Shown here: positions 12,681 to 25,553 of the stretch, piece after piece
How the letters are laid out: each line of letters starts with the position of its first letter
How positions within the stretch are numbered: the stretch's first letter is position 1
Source of the DNA: Octopus sinensis
Lineage: Eukaryota
Direction: 5' to 3'
Assembly: GCF_006345805.1 (NCBI RefSeq)
Contig: NC_043014.1
Span: 22,940,001 to 23,004,000 of the forward strand
Length of the DNA: 64,000 bases
Translations under genes and position numbers: made by a program
The notes under the pieces: model-generated
Told to the model about the DNA's origin: nothing
Seen by the model: only the letters and a program-made list of their open reading frames with translations
The model's database searches: none

Positions 12681-13800
12681 GGGTCATCTCGTGAACATTT
12701 GTAAAAGGGAAAGATTTTGTATTTTCTATCGCAGCATATTTCCAGATGCTTGCTTAATGGAATTTTGTGTGGTGCTCCAGCATGACCACAGTCAAATGTC
12801 AGAAACAAGTAAAAGAATAAAAGAATAATTCCTCTTCTCAGGTATGTTGCCTGTGGATTCTTACACATTGGCAGAGGGAATTATATGTTTTGCCAATGAA
12901 ATTTTCTTTGCAGCTGGGGCAGGTGATGCAGTAGATGGAGGTTCTGTGTTTTGCAGTTCATATCTGCATTTATTTTGAACAAAAATCTGCTCTTGAATTT
13001 TATGTCGGAACCATTTTCTAAAGTTGTTGTTGTTGCATGTTCCACATCTACCTCCACACTCTTTTACTAAGAATTGTGATTCATTCTCTGATGTGAATAC
13101 TGCTCTTGTGAGATGTTTTTTAAGATTTTTTTTGTTGGTGTCTACTATTCCGTAAGGGATTTTTTCAGTCAGATTTTTCATTTGGGGGCTTTGTAGGAGT
13201 ATAGGTAAGTTTGATTTTATGGCATAAAAGATGCTGGTTATCCCAGAACTGTCTGTGTTAACAAATGGAATCACGTGTTCATTAATTTTTTCCTTAGGCG
13301 TCCGTAGTTGGGTGATGCTCAGTTTCATTGCTTTTTTAATTCCCTCATTAATTAATCCAAAGGGGTATTTCTGCATTGTGAGGAAGCCTTTGAGCTCCTT
13401 GAGTCAGATTTCACGTATTTTGGGCTCAGTCACTAAATACTTGGAAGAAAAACTTTATAAGGAAGTAGAGAAAACTTCTGATCAGGAGTACAAGAAATAT
13501 ATCCTTAAAAAGTGGAAACACTTCCTTGATGATTGCTTCATCTTTTAGTGCAGATCAAATGAGGACCTAAGTATATTTAATAATCTACTGAACACACTTC
13601 TCCCATCCATCATATTCACAACAGAATCCAGTTGCAATGAATTATCATTCCTGGATAAACACATAAAATACAAAACTCCACAGTCACAACAGGCAGATTT
13701 TACAAAAAGACTCTGACACACCAATATCTGAATTTCTACTCTTGCCATTCATCACACATCAAAAGGAATATCCCATATAGCATGGTAAGATGCATTTGTG
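12681..13800. mobile_element. Neptune-type PLE fragment with internal 5' inversion
   Basis: Plus 13420-13800 encodes KWKHFLDDCFIF...ELSFLD...NIPYSMVRCICAI; minus 13415-12681 encodes LKELKGFLTMQKYP...KECGGRCGTC...IFPFYKC. Confidence 0.85.
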
Positions 13801-13879
13801 CTATAACATGGTTGTTTTACTTAAGCATATTATCACTTCTCCTTTTCTTAATTCTTATGAACTGGATCAACATGCACAG

Positions 13880-14732
13880 CCAATGTGGAAGTGTCATCAC
13901 AATCAATAGGCGTAGGAACAGTCAGCTGACATTTGCAGATGACATGGTGCTCCTTGGCTTATCAGAAAGTGACCTCCAGCATGTACTAAATGGATTTGCT
14001 GCTGGGATGCAAGGCAGGGATAAGAATTAGTGTTGTGAAGACTGAGACATTGGTGCTCTTAAGAAAGTCTTCCCAGCACACTCTGCATGTAATTGGAATA
14101 TCACTGAGACAAATGGAGAAGTTGAAGTATCTAGGGACCATATTCACAAGTGATGGAAAGCAGGAAACCAAATTAGATGATAGAATTGTAGGTGCTGGTA
14201 CAGTAATGTGCCAGTTTGAGCATTTGATCCTCAGAAAAAGAGAGGCTGGTAAAAAAGCCAAACTTTCTTCAATTCAGTTTTCATGCCTATCTTTATCTAT
14301 GGTCGTGAATATTGGGTAATGACTGAAAGAGTACAATTGAAAATACAAGCAACTGAAATGGGATTCCACTTAAAGATCTCTGGGCTAACATTACTCAACA
14401 GAGTGCATAACTCAGAGATCAAGGAGTCTCTCGAGGTCAAGCAGCTGAAACATTGAAATGCTGCAACTTCAGTACTACAAACATGAGGTTTGAACACCAC
14501 AGAAAAGGATCACAAGACAGATTCTCTAAGCCAACTGGTAGGAGAGCTCAGTATAGACCACAAGTGATATGATTAAATAATATCTATAGTTTCAGTTAGT
14601 CAAGCTTGGGAATCCAGCAGAAAAATTTTATGGCGGTTACTTCTGATAGGATCCTATGGACAAAATGCTTCAGAACTCTAACTCCATGACCCCAACACCC
14701 AAGAATAGTCGGTGGTAAAAGTGGCTGGTTGG

Positions 14733-14763
<31 letters not shown>

Positions 14764-14785
14764 TGTATGTATGTATGTATGTATG
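13880..14785 (+). mobile_element. Decayed RTE-clade LINE 3' part (second family), (TATG)n tail
   Basis: QLTFADDMVLL, KLKYLGTIFTSDG, IQATEMGF..ISG.TLLNRVHNSEIKESL. Confidence 0.85.
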
Positions 14786-14889
14786 CTGATCCATTACAGT
14801 CAATTTTACCAATTAGTTTTGCACCAGATGTCAGATAACTGAACAGTTATCTAATACATATGTTCTTCAGGGATGGCAGGTATGGATAA

Positions 14890-15400
14890 AAATGTGGTAA
14901 GTACTCTGTTATTAGAGGCGAGGAAGCATCACATCTTGTTTGATGGTGTTGTGCAAAAGAATAAACAAAGTCGTGGGAGACAGTTAAGTGAGAGATTTAT
15001 CAAGAGTTATGTCCTTCAGCTTCCACAAAAGAAACTGATTTGTAATGTAGCAAGTATCTGGTGGATAAATGTGTGTGAGCTGTTTGAAGGTGTTTGGTAT
15101 GTATGTAGGGTTGATTTTCATGTAGGGGAGTTGGAGGGGGAATTGGGCAGATGATCGAACATTTAATCCCTATGTTTAAGTGCATATGCTTATGTGTGCC
15201 TATGTGTGTATGGTTTGGTGAAAATTTTACTGGGTTTTCAGGCTGTAATGATTTGAGAACTGATGGTGGAGGTCTTAATATCATGGTGGTGTCCATAGAT
15301 AAGTCTTCATGTTTCTTCTTTCATGTGAGCACAAGATGAAAATCTCATTTCTGTTATTTTGGTAGATGTCTAGGTCAGGAGAATTTTTTTAGCATAATTT
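14890..15400 (-). pseudogene. Highly decayed Naiad-like PLE C-terminal fragment
   Basis: Fragmentary NTFKQ...LWKLKD and NNRNEI..CS...NMK-like words across frames. Confidence 0.35.
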
Positions 15401-15439
15401 TTTTCTTGACTAGATATAGCTTGTACCTTCTGCTATAGT

Positions 15440-15480
<41 letters not shown>

Positions 15481-15720
15481 CTTATAAAATAAGGGCAAAA
15501 GAAAAATTCTAATGCCAAATATGCCGAAAATAGACAAATTGTCAATAACCATTATAATTTATGCGTCTTGAAACAAGCCGATAGAAATTTCTAAAAAATT
15601 CCGTTATTACAGTATTGGTCCCAATTTCAGAGTTAATTCATAAGAATTTTCTCCTCCTCAGCGATAAATACGTAAGACATAAATGAAATATTCATACTCA
15701 TGGAAATGAAATACTTACTC

Positions 15721-15784
<64 letters not shown>

Positions 15785-15879
15785 GTCATTCATGGGTGGG
15801 GGTCATATATATGTATATATATATATATAAGCCCCCCACATCCATGAATGTCCATGGGATTGCAGCTAGAAAGTTCCCC

Positions 15880-16145
15880 TCCAAGCCACAAATCCAGGCA
15901 AGGTTGTTTGTGGAATAACAGCAGTCAGTCATGCATATCAGTTTCCCTCTCTCCACACCACTGATGTTGTCCAAGGGAAAGGCAAAGACACCAATGATGT
16001 TGCAACTCATTACAATGGAGTGAACTGGAGCAATGTGAAAGAAATTGTCATGCTCAAGAACACAACACACAACCTGGTCAGGGAATCAAACTCAGAACCT
16101 CATGATTGTAAGCCCAACACTCTAACCACTTAGCCACATACTTCA
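15880..16145 (-). mobile_element. Old tRNA-derived SINE
   Basis: Minus strand has a TGGCTAAGTGG A-box-like and a GAGTTTGATTCC B-box-like head. Confidence 0.6.
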
Positions 16146-17280
16146 AATGTACAGGAATAGTTTGCAGCACTCAGAAGAAACTATGACATGAAGTCCACAA
16201 ACTTCTCAGATGGCTCACAAGAATAGTTGATAGTTTCCATTACCTAGGGGATCAAACTTGTGTTGAATGGGTTTGTAGGGAAATCATAGTGGCCAGACAT
16301 TTTGGAAGATCTGTAGTGTCTGATAAGAAACAAGGTGAGTTTGATGTATTGAATGTGGAATGGCAATTTGCATAAAAGAGAGGGAACACAAAGAGTTGTG
16401 AAAATGATTGAAAATTAATATTGTCAACTGATATATGGAGGAGAAATTATTAGGTTGTGTGACATGCAAAAGGATGATGAGTGCTGAATGAGAAGATATG
16501 CCAAGTGTTGTCACAGATGATAGCCATCAGAAAGAAAGACATGAAATTTAGGAAAAATGTAGAAGTGGGAGCCCTGGTCATGACTTCACAGATGAGAGGA
16601 CATTAGTCTGAGACAAATGGTAATATAATTGACAGATTCAGCCATTCCATATCAGCATGAAACTAATAACTTCTTTTTAAAATCATACATTGTGCAGTAA
16701 TAATAAGTAAAAGGAAAACTCAGGACTTGAAGTGTTCTTAAAATTTTTCTCTTTCTCTCTTTATCATCATCACCACCACCCCTGCTGCCACCACCTCCAC
16801 CATCACTACCACTGTTGCCACCATCACCATCACTGCTGGCTGCTGCAGCCACTGTCACCACTACCACCATCATTATCATCTTTATCATTAATACTGTTCT
16901 TAATTATTACTATTACTAAATGTGAATGGTAATTATTTACACAAAATATGAACAGAAGCAATGTTGTCAAGTGCTTTCCAAGCATGACGACACATTCCCC
17001 AGTTTAATAATAAATTGACAAAGAACTTTTTCAGAACTTTCAGATCAACTGGAAGTTATACACTCATATCATTTCATATCACACTATATCATATCATATG
17101 TGTGTGTATGTATTTGTATGTGTATCTATGTCTATCTATACATATATATGCCTGTGCATATGCATATGTGTGCATACATATACACACATACATTATATAT
17201 ATATATATATATAATTTGTAGAAAACATAAATCCAGAGAAGACGCACACTCTGATAAAATGTAGAGCAGTATATATCTTT

Positions 17281-17402
17281 TCTGAGAAAGGCCAGTTTAT
17301 GGGATTGCCCAACAGGTTTTTGGGATCTGACAATATGCCATAAAGTTAAACCCTTTATGGATGGGAAACCCAGGGTAATCTCATAAACCAGCCTTTCCCA
17401 GA
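17281..17402. repeat. Short hairpin/MITE-like inverted repeat (about 30 bp arms)
   Basis: TCTGAGAAAGGCCAGTTTATGGGATTGCCC pairs with GGGTAATCTCATAAACCAGCCTTTCCCAGA. Confidence 0.7.
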
Positions 17403-17422
17403 AAAAAAAAAAAAAATATATA

Positions 17423-17822
17423 CAGGAGTGGCTGTGTGGTAAGTAGCTTGCTAACCAACCACATGGTTCCGGGTTCAGTCCCACTGCGTGGCATCTTGGG
17501 CAAATGTCTTCTACTATAGCCTCGGGCCGACCAAAGCCTTGTGAGTGGATTTGGTAGACGGAAACTGAAAGAAGCCTGTCGTATGTATGTATATATATAT
17601 ATATGTATGTGTGTGTGTTTGTCCCCCTAGCATTGCTTGACAACCGATGCTGGTGTGTTTACATCCCCGTCACTTAGCGGTTCGGCAAAAAGAGACCGAT
17701 AGAATAAGTACTGGGCTTACAAAGAATAAGTCCCGGGATCGATTTGCTCGACTAAAGGCGGTGCTCCAGCATGGCCGCAGTCAAATGACTGAAACAAGTA
17801 AAAGTAAAAGTAAAAAAGTAAA
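17423..17822 (+). mobile_element. Young tRNA-derived SINE, near full length
   Basis: A box TGGCTGTGTGG, B box GGTTCAGTCCC, internal (TA)/(TG) tract, tail CTCCAGCATGGCCGCAGTCAAATGACTGAAACAAG(TAAAAG)n; near-identical copies at 34545 and 50405. Confidence 0.92.
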
Positions 17823-17861
<39 letters not shown>

Positions 17862-17869
17862 CATCATCC

Positions 17870-18730
17870 TCATCATTGTTTGACATCTGCTCTTTGTGTT
17901 GAATGGGTTGATAGGAGCTGGCCAGGCAGGAGGCTGCACTAAACTTCTGTGTCTTCTTTGGCAAGGATTTTACAACTGAATGACCTTCTTAACACCAACC
18001 ATCTAGCAGAGTAGACTGAGTGGGTTTTACATGGCACAGGCACAGGTGAGGTCAGTTTTGGCATGGTTTTTTACAGCTGGATGCTTTTTATGTGGAATCA
18101 GCCCTATGTATATATACACACATATCATCATCATCTTTATTTAATGTCTGTTGTCCATTGTCCATACTGGTATGGGGTGGATGGTTTGACCAGGGCTAGC
18201 AAGCTGGAAGGCTGCACCAGAATCCAGTCTGATTTGGCAATGTTTCTACACCTGGATGCCCTTCCTAATGCCAACCACTCTGAGAGTGTAATGTGTGCTT
18301 TCTCATGCCACCAACATGGGTGCCATTTGTGTGACACTGGTATCTTCCACAACCATGATTTTACTTGGCTTGATGGGTTTTCTTCTCAGGCATGGCATAA
18401 TGCCAAAGGTCTTGGACATTCCTTTTTGATTCCGTGAGACCCAAGACTCAAGTGGAGCTTTTCACATGCCACTGGCATCAGCCACTTTGCCTCTGTGAGG
18501 CCCAATGCTCGAAAGGTGCTTTCTATGTGCCACCAGGACAGGTGCCAGTTACATGACACCAGCATCAGCCACACTATGATTTCACTTGGCTCGATGGGTC
18601 TTCTCTGCCAAAGTTCAAAGATCATGCTTCACCACCTCGTCCCATGTCTTCCTGGGCCTACCTCTACCGCAGGTTCCCCCTACAGTTAGAAATCGGTACT
18701 TCTTTACACAGCTGTCCTCATCCATACGAA
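17870..18730 (-). mobile_element. Cluster of decayed RTE 3' fragments
   Basis: Reverse-complement matches to the RTE ORF end and 3' UTR with (ATC)n starts. Confidence 0.75.
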
Positions 18731-18768
18731 TCACATATATGTATGTATGTGTATATATATATATAGAG

Positions 18769-18806
<38 letters not shown>

Positions 18807-18837
18807 GGTATTAAATTTTTACAAATTTATTACCAGT

Positions 18838-18975
18838 GACTACAAAAAATATATAAGCAATTTCAAAGGGAATAAAAAAATGAAAAATAAGAATAAAAAA
18901 TAAAAAATAAAAACTTTTACAAGGTAAAAGTTTTTATTTTGAAATTGCTTAATTTTTTTTTTTTTTTGTGGTCTT
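18838..18975. repeat. AT-rich nested palindrome
   Basis: Perfect 16-bp hairpin AAATAAAAACTTTTAC/GTAAAAGTTTTTATTT inside outer arms TAAGCAATTTCAAA/TTTGAAATTGCTTA. Confidence 0.7.
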
Positions 18976-19024
18976 AAGTCGCTTTGACTGTCTCATAGCA
19001 TGCAGAAATGACCTGTTATAGGTA

Positions 19025-19394
19025 AACTAGCAGTATCACCCGGCGTTGCTTTAGAATTGGAACTTTTGAAAAGTAAAAATTTTGCATTATGTAGCTTGTT
19101 ATTCTCTTTAAGTGAACATTTTTCTGGTTGAAATACAAGAAAAATGGCAACAGTCAAAAAATCGTAAAAAAATAGGGATTTTCATAGAAAAAAAGCACCT
19201 TTTTGATGTAAATAATTTTTGGTGTTAACATGGTCCGATTTGAATTTTTTCTTCTATGGAAGGAAGAGCAAGCCTTCTTCTATCATACTCTCAATTTTGG
19301 TCAACTTGTGCCGCAGGGTCTTGGAGGAGATAGTGTTAGTTGAAGGCTACAAAACCTGCCATACACAGACAACTTAAGCTTTATATATATAGAT
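19025..19394. mobile_element. Helitron/Helentron-associated non-autonomous element (DINE-1/HINE-like)
   Basis: Ends AACTAGCAGTATCACCCGGCGTTGCT ... CTTTATATATATAGAT, the terminal style of DINE-1/Lep1-like elements. Confidence 0.65.
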
Positions 19395-19859
19395 AATTGG
19401 TGTGTTCACAAAGTCCAAACAATTAATATGAAAAAACCCTCCAGGCTACATCCTGAAAATTCATTTCTTTGCCGAATTTCTACAATGTTTATGGCGATTC
19501 GTTTTTATATCTTGATTTTTTATTTTTCATGCAATTTACACATGCTTGCACGTGTGGTGAACACAGTTCACGTCAAACAGCTGACTGAGTAAAGTTCACT
19601 ATTCAATGCATGGGGTAAGGCCTAAACAAACACATTATCGATTTTTGCACTTGTGAGATGAATTTCGCAATAGAAATAGCGCAGTTCAATTTTCATTCGC
19701 CTAAACTTTAAGTGACCCATTTTTGGTGGTTCTACGATTTGTTGGCTAGGAGGAGATGTGCTGGGAAGTTAAACACACAGACACACACACAGATACACAC
19801 ACAGATACACACAGAGACACACAAGTTGAGTTTTATATATATAGATTTCTCTTTGTGTT

Positions 19860-19885
19860 TAAATGTACATCATTTTATATTGAAT

Positions 19886-19946
<61 letters not shown>

Positions 19947-20247
19947 TATATGTATATTATATATATATATGTATAGTATGTATGTATGTATGTATAGATA
20001 TATATATATCTATATATGTATGTATATATATATGTATATATGTTATGTATGTATGTATATATAATATATATATGTATGTATATATACTATATATATATGT
20101 ATGTAATGTATATATATATTATAGTATATATATATAATATTATATATGTATATATATATATATATGTATAATATATAATATTGTATATATATATATAATA
20201 TATGTATTATATATGTATATATATATATATAAATATGTATATATATG

Positions 20248-20293
<46 letters not shown>

Positions 20294-20694
20294 GTATAGT
20301 ATATATATATGTATTATATATATGTATATATATATATTGTATATATTATATATATATCTTTATATATATATATAGATATATATATATTATATATATATAT
20401 TATATATGTAATATATAGTATATGTATATATATATAGATATATATATATATATATATATATCTATATGTATATATATATATATATGTAATATATATTAAT
20501 ATATGTATATATATATATATATATATATGGTAATATCTATATATATATATATGTATATATATAATATATATATATGTATATATATATATTATATGTTATA
20601 TATATAGATATATGTATATATATATAGTATATATGTATGTATGTACATATATATATATATATATATATATAATATTTATATATGTACATATATA
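19860..20694. repeat. Long complex (TA)n/(TATG)n array
   Basis: Direct inspection. Confidence 0.97.
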
Positions 20695-21972
20695 CAGGGG
20701 TTGGACAAAATAATGGAAATACCTAAAAATTTCAAATTTATTTTAATATGGGGTAAGACTTCCTTTGGCAGTAATTACAGCTTGAATTCTACAAGGTATG
20801 GACTTGTACAAAGTTTGAACTATTTACAAAGGAATTTTTGTCCATTCTTCAGCTAAAACAGTCTCCAGTTCTTGTAGTAATGATGGTGGAGGATATCAAC
20901 TCTTTACTTGTTTTTCTAAAATGCACCATAAATGTTCAATAATATTGAGGTCTGGGGACTGTGGTGGCCAGCTAAAATGTTCAACTTCACTAGGATGTTC
21001 CTCGTGCCATTCAGTAACAACTTTAGCTGTGTGAATTGGGGCATTATCATCCTGAAAGATTGCATTTCCTTCCAGAAACACTTCCACAACCATAGGATGA
21101 ATTTGATCAGATAAAATGCTTAAATAGTCTTGCCTATTAATTTTGCCATGAAGGGAAACCATTGGGCTGTCGGATTTGCAAGATATAGCCTCCCCACCAC
21201 CACCACCACCAGATCATCACAGATCCTCCTCCATGTTTAACAGTTGAAAGAAGGCAGTCTGGATCAAATGCTTCTTTTGGCTGTCTCCACACATATACTC
21301 AGCTGGTGGTTGGAAATAAGGTAAAGGATGACTTGTCCAAGAAAATGATATTCTTCCACTGCTCTAGGGACCAATTCTGTAGGTTTTTACTCCACTCAAA
21401 ATGCTTTGCAACATTTGTTTTCAAAAGTAGTGGTTTTCTGATTGCTGCCTTCCCATGAAATCTGGTTTTGCGCAGCTCCAGGCAAACAGTTTTTGTAGAA
21501 ACTGGGTTCTCGAGGTGGTCATTAAACTTTGCAGCAATTTTGGGAGCTGTACTTTTGTGATCCTTTCTAACAATTTGCATAAGAGTCCCTATCTGAATGT
21601 TTTGGTTTTCTTTCAGAGTTTTGTTTCGACAAGGTGATTTTTTTCCCTCTATCTCAAAGGCTGTCATTACTTTTGAGACAGTACTTCTTGATACACCAAA
21701 CATTTCGGCTGTTTTTGTTACACTATCGCCTGCCATATGAGTACCAGTAATTTGACCTCTTTGAAAGTCCGATAGATCTGTCATTTTACTGAATTTTAAT
21801 TACCGTTTTCTGATGACATTTGAAAAGAAACAGCAATTTTAGCAAAGTGTATTAAGCAACACTAATAATAAATCAAAAACATAAAAATAAACAAGCTTTT
21901 GATGGTTTTATAGACATTTCAAAATTATGATGCTATGATGCTAGGTGTTTCCATTGTTTTGTCCAACCCCTG
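20695..21972 (-). mobile_element. Tc1-like transposon, defective
   Basis: TIRs CAGGGGTTGGACAAAA..ATGGAAA.ACC / GGTGTTTCCATTGTTTTGTCCAACCCCTG; MTDLSDFQRGQI.., FQDDNAPIH, WPPQSPDLNIIEHLW; stops and an internal deletion. Confidence 0.95.
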
Positions 21973-22006
21973 TTTATGTATTTATATATATGTATGTGTA
22001 TATGAT

Positions 22007-22335
22007 GTGTTGTGAATTTAGGAAAAGAAATCCCATAAAACTCAACAATTTTGTTAAAAATGGAGAAGAGAAGATGTTAAAATATATAAGAGAATTTTAA
22101 TTCATGCAGAGGATCATTTCATACAGAGATATAAAAAGCATGCAAATTCATGGTTGAATTGAATCAATTAATTCAGTTCAACCTTGAATCTGCATGATTT
22201 TTATATCCCTGTATATATATATATATGATCCTCTGTAGAAATTAAAATTCTCTTATATATTTTAACATCTTCTCTTCTCCATTTTTAACAAAATTGTTGA
22301 GTTTTATGGGATTTCTTTCCATAAATTCACAACAC
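22007..22335. repeat. Near-perfect 330-bp fold-back element
   Basis: GTGTTGTGAATTTA...AAAATTC mirrored about position 22170 with only a few unpaired central bases. Confidence 0.9.
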
Positions 22336-22501
22336 ACCATATACAAGTATTATTTTCATATTCACAAATTTATGCCTGTAAACTACCAGCAAAATATGAA
22401 GAATCTATATAAGAAATCTTTTTTTGGAAACCTCCAAATTAAAGGACAAATCTACATACAACCTTTTTACATATATATGTATGTGTATATATTTAATAAT
22501 A

Positions 22502-22545
<44 letters not shown>

Positions 22546-22547
<2 letters not shown>

Positions 22548-22977
22548 CACAGATTTGCTTGTCAGTTGTCTGACCTTAACCAGTTGAGCATGTCCTTTAG
22601 TGGCTGACGATATGAGCATCTCTGATCACGAGCAGAAGTAGTGGGGGAGCATCATAACCATGTGTTGAGAGGGATTCTTTGGGGTTTGAATAATTCACCT
22701 CTGGAAACAAGGGTGGTTCTTTCAACATCCTTAAACAACCCATATTCAGGGACCTTTTGAGCGGGATGGGCTACTCAACCTGAAGAAAATTCTAACTGGG
22801 CCCCACCTGCAAGGTCATGTGCTGTTTATCTTGATATGAGATCACCATGTCGCGCACATATGGTTGTGATGCATGTGCCTGGTGTACCCTTATCAGACGG
22901 GTAGTCATGATGGGTATATTGGGCTTCGTATATTTTACCCCAGTGTCACTTTGATGGCATGCACTGCTCTCTCACTC
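22546..22977. mobile_element. Interspersed element embedded in (AAT)n; possible R4/Dong-related non-coding end or partner
   Basis: About 430 bp of balanced-composition sequence flanked on both sides by (AAT)n; family assignment is inference. Confidence 0.4.
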
Positions 22978-23024
<47 letters not shown>

Positions 23025-23676
23025 TGCTGATGATAATAATAATAATAATAATAATAGGGAATATGATTCCAAACTTACAGTGAAAAATTCAATTTAGTAA
23101 TACTAAATCAAATTTCACAATATATAATACATGTATATGAATTAGAGAAGAACCACCGTGAAGCAATTCAACAATGATATACTTAAATCATACCATATTG
23201 AAAAAAATTAAAGATACTATAAAACATTTACCTTGAACTAAATAAAGTACTAAATAATAAATAAATAGTATATAATTAGTAAATAGCCTACATGTGTTTC
23301 GTGGCTATATTTTCAAATTGATAACAATAAAATCAATTCAATTATTTTCAAATTGATAACAATAAAATTAAACAAAATTCAACAATATATATTAGAATAA
23401 AAACATGACTTATCATATTGAATATATTCTGTTAACTAAATCTTTAAACTTAATACATAGGACATTAAGTATATATTTGAAATATTTTTCTATTTTTAAT
23501 TCTTGTAGTTATAGTTTGTAGTAATATTATGTATATAAGTTAGCATGAAGTTTTTTAGTATATATTACATAATTAGAATAAGATTAAACTTAGATGTTTA
23601 TTAAATAAATACATAAATAAATAATTTAATGAATATAGATTAAATTATAGTAATTTAGCTTCACTTAATGTAAATT

Positions 23677-23945
23677 ATCATCATCATCATCATTGTTTAA
23701 CGTCCGTTTTCCGTGCTAGCACGGGTTGGACGGTTCGACCGGGGTCTGGGAAGCCAGGGGCTGCACCAGGCTCCAGTCTGATCTGGCAGTGTTTCTACAG
23801 CTGGATGCCCTTCCTAATGCCAACCACTCCGCGAGTGTAGTGGGTGCTTTTTACGTGCCACCTGCACAGGTGCCAGGGGGGTCTGGTATCGGCCACGATC
23901 GGTTGGTGCTTTTAACATGCCACCGGCACAGAAGCCAGCCAAGGC
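23677..23945 (-). mobile_element. RTE 3' UTR fragment
   Basis: Reverse complement of the RTE terminal 270 bp with (GAT)n. Confidence 0.9.
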
Positions 23946-24379
23946 ATATTTTTAAATATTTTGTTTTAATTATTTGTATTTTAATTTTCCAGTAATGATA
24001 TAATATAGTTTGTTATTTTCTTCTATAAGCTAAAATATATTTACATAGATAAAATAAACATTTCTATCTATTTATTCTATTTTTATTTACACCACGTTTT
24101 TAACACGATAAATTTATTATAAATGCTAAGAACAAGAAACATTGTGTTAACAACAAACAAGATGAGGAGAAATATCCATCAAATGTAAATAATTCCTCAT
24201 CTCTTAAATATAGATCTATCACTTGTGTTTTAAACCCTGTCAGTCAGCAGCTGGTCTTAAAAGTCATCTAAGAGTTCATCAAGGGAGTGACTGAACTGTA
24301 TGATGGGGTGTGGTGTGTGTTGATGGGACAACTATCACCTCTCAAGATGAAGCAATCATCATATACATATATATATACA

Positions 24380-24416
<37 letters not shown>

Positions 24417-24949
24417 GTTTGTGTGTGTGTATATATATATATATAAGGAAAACAAAATAATACAAGGTAGAAAATGCTAAATTAATTTTTTTCATGAAGA
24501 ACATTTTAGTACCATTTACAGTCTTTGCGACCTTTTCAAGTAAAGCATGAAAAACGATTAAACTTAATGTTTTTTTAAAAATATTTCCATAGTTTTCAAA
24601 CCCAAGGGTCATTTTTCTTTTTACTGTCTGTCCCTGTCTCTTTTTTTCACTCTTGTGAATTCTAGGTAGTTGGCAGCAGCTAGTAGTAGTTTGATATGAA
24701 TTCTTGTCTTTGATTAAGCAGCAGTAGTAGTAGAGAAAGAAGGCGGTGAAGAAGAGGAAGAAGAAGAACAACAACAACAATGCAGGAGTGGTATGACAGT
24801 AACAGGATTTTGGTGAAATCATCTTAAATGGTCAAGTGACCTAAAAGTGACCTGTTGTGGTTGCAATAGTAGTGATTGGAATTGTTCTGAATAAATTCAT
24901 GTGAAGTGACTGTTTTGAATATATCGTTTTTAATATTTGCATGGGTATT

Positions 24950-25330
24950 ATTCTAAGGCCCTTGTAATAGTGTCATTTGTGGTGGATGCATTCAAAAGGG
25001 GTTTATATTTTGTGATAAAGAATGACTCTTTACTAATGCGCTGACTACAGGTTGCATCATCCCTGAATTGATAGAAGGGAAACATTCTGAAGCTGAGTTG
25101 TTTGTTATTGGTGCAAATGTTGATGAGTTTGTTGAATGCTATTTTTCTGTATTTCCAAATTTTGATCTGGGATCTGTGCAGAGCCATCCTTTGACATAGA
25201 TTGTTTTGATTTGGCCTATGTATTGCTCTCGACACCCATAGCAGGTTCATACATATATCAGGTTCTCCGAAGCATATGTGAAGTTGCTTTACTCTGTAAA
25301 ATGTTGACCCTGTTTGAAAGGAAACTGTGA
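24950..25330 (-). pseudogene. PLE GIY-YIG C-terminal fragment (Neptune-type)
   Basis: NNLCQRMALHRSQI...RMFPFYQF...KESFFITKYKPLLN. Confidence 0.75.
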
Positions 25331-25478
25331 TCCCTAAATTAGGTTGATGCATATACCACAGTTAGGTCTTCTGCATTTTTTTACTGACAGCTTCAGTGTT
25401 GTTGTCGAATGTATTAAGGCTTGTGTTAGGAGACTTTTCATAGATTTGGGTTTATATATATATAAACCCAAATCTATC

Positions 25479-25525
<47 letters not shown>

Positions 25526-25553
25526 CGAGGGACGTTCTTTATATATATATATA

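Noticed and set aside
14868-14900. Micro-exon with GTAAGT donor; similar isolated acceptors at 884, 1581 and 12156
   Set aside because: Stops in the relevant frames, overlap with repeat relics, or no partner site; unsupported.
19712-20856. Long YI/IY/CV/HT-rich ORFs here and at 28.4-29.5, 36.8-37.4, 39.0-39.9, 42.0-42.4, 44.3-45.3 and 50.8-51.1 kb
   Set aside because: Translations of (TA)n, (TG)n and (CA)n microsatellites.
23283-23310. Half hammerheads (GAAACACATGTA here; GAAACATATCTA near 30255; GAAACATTG near 24146)
   Set aside because: The CUGANGA half was not found nearby; truncated relics.
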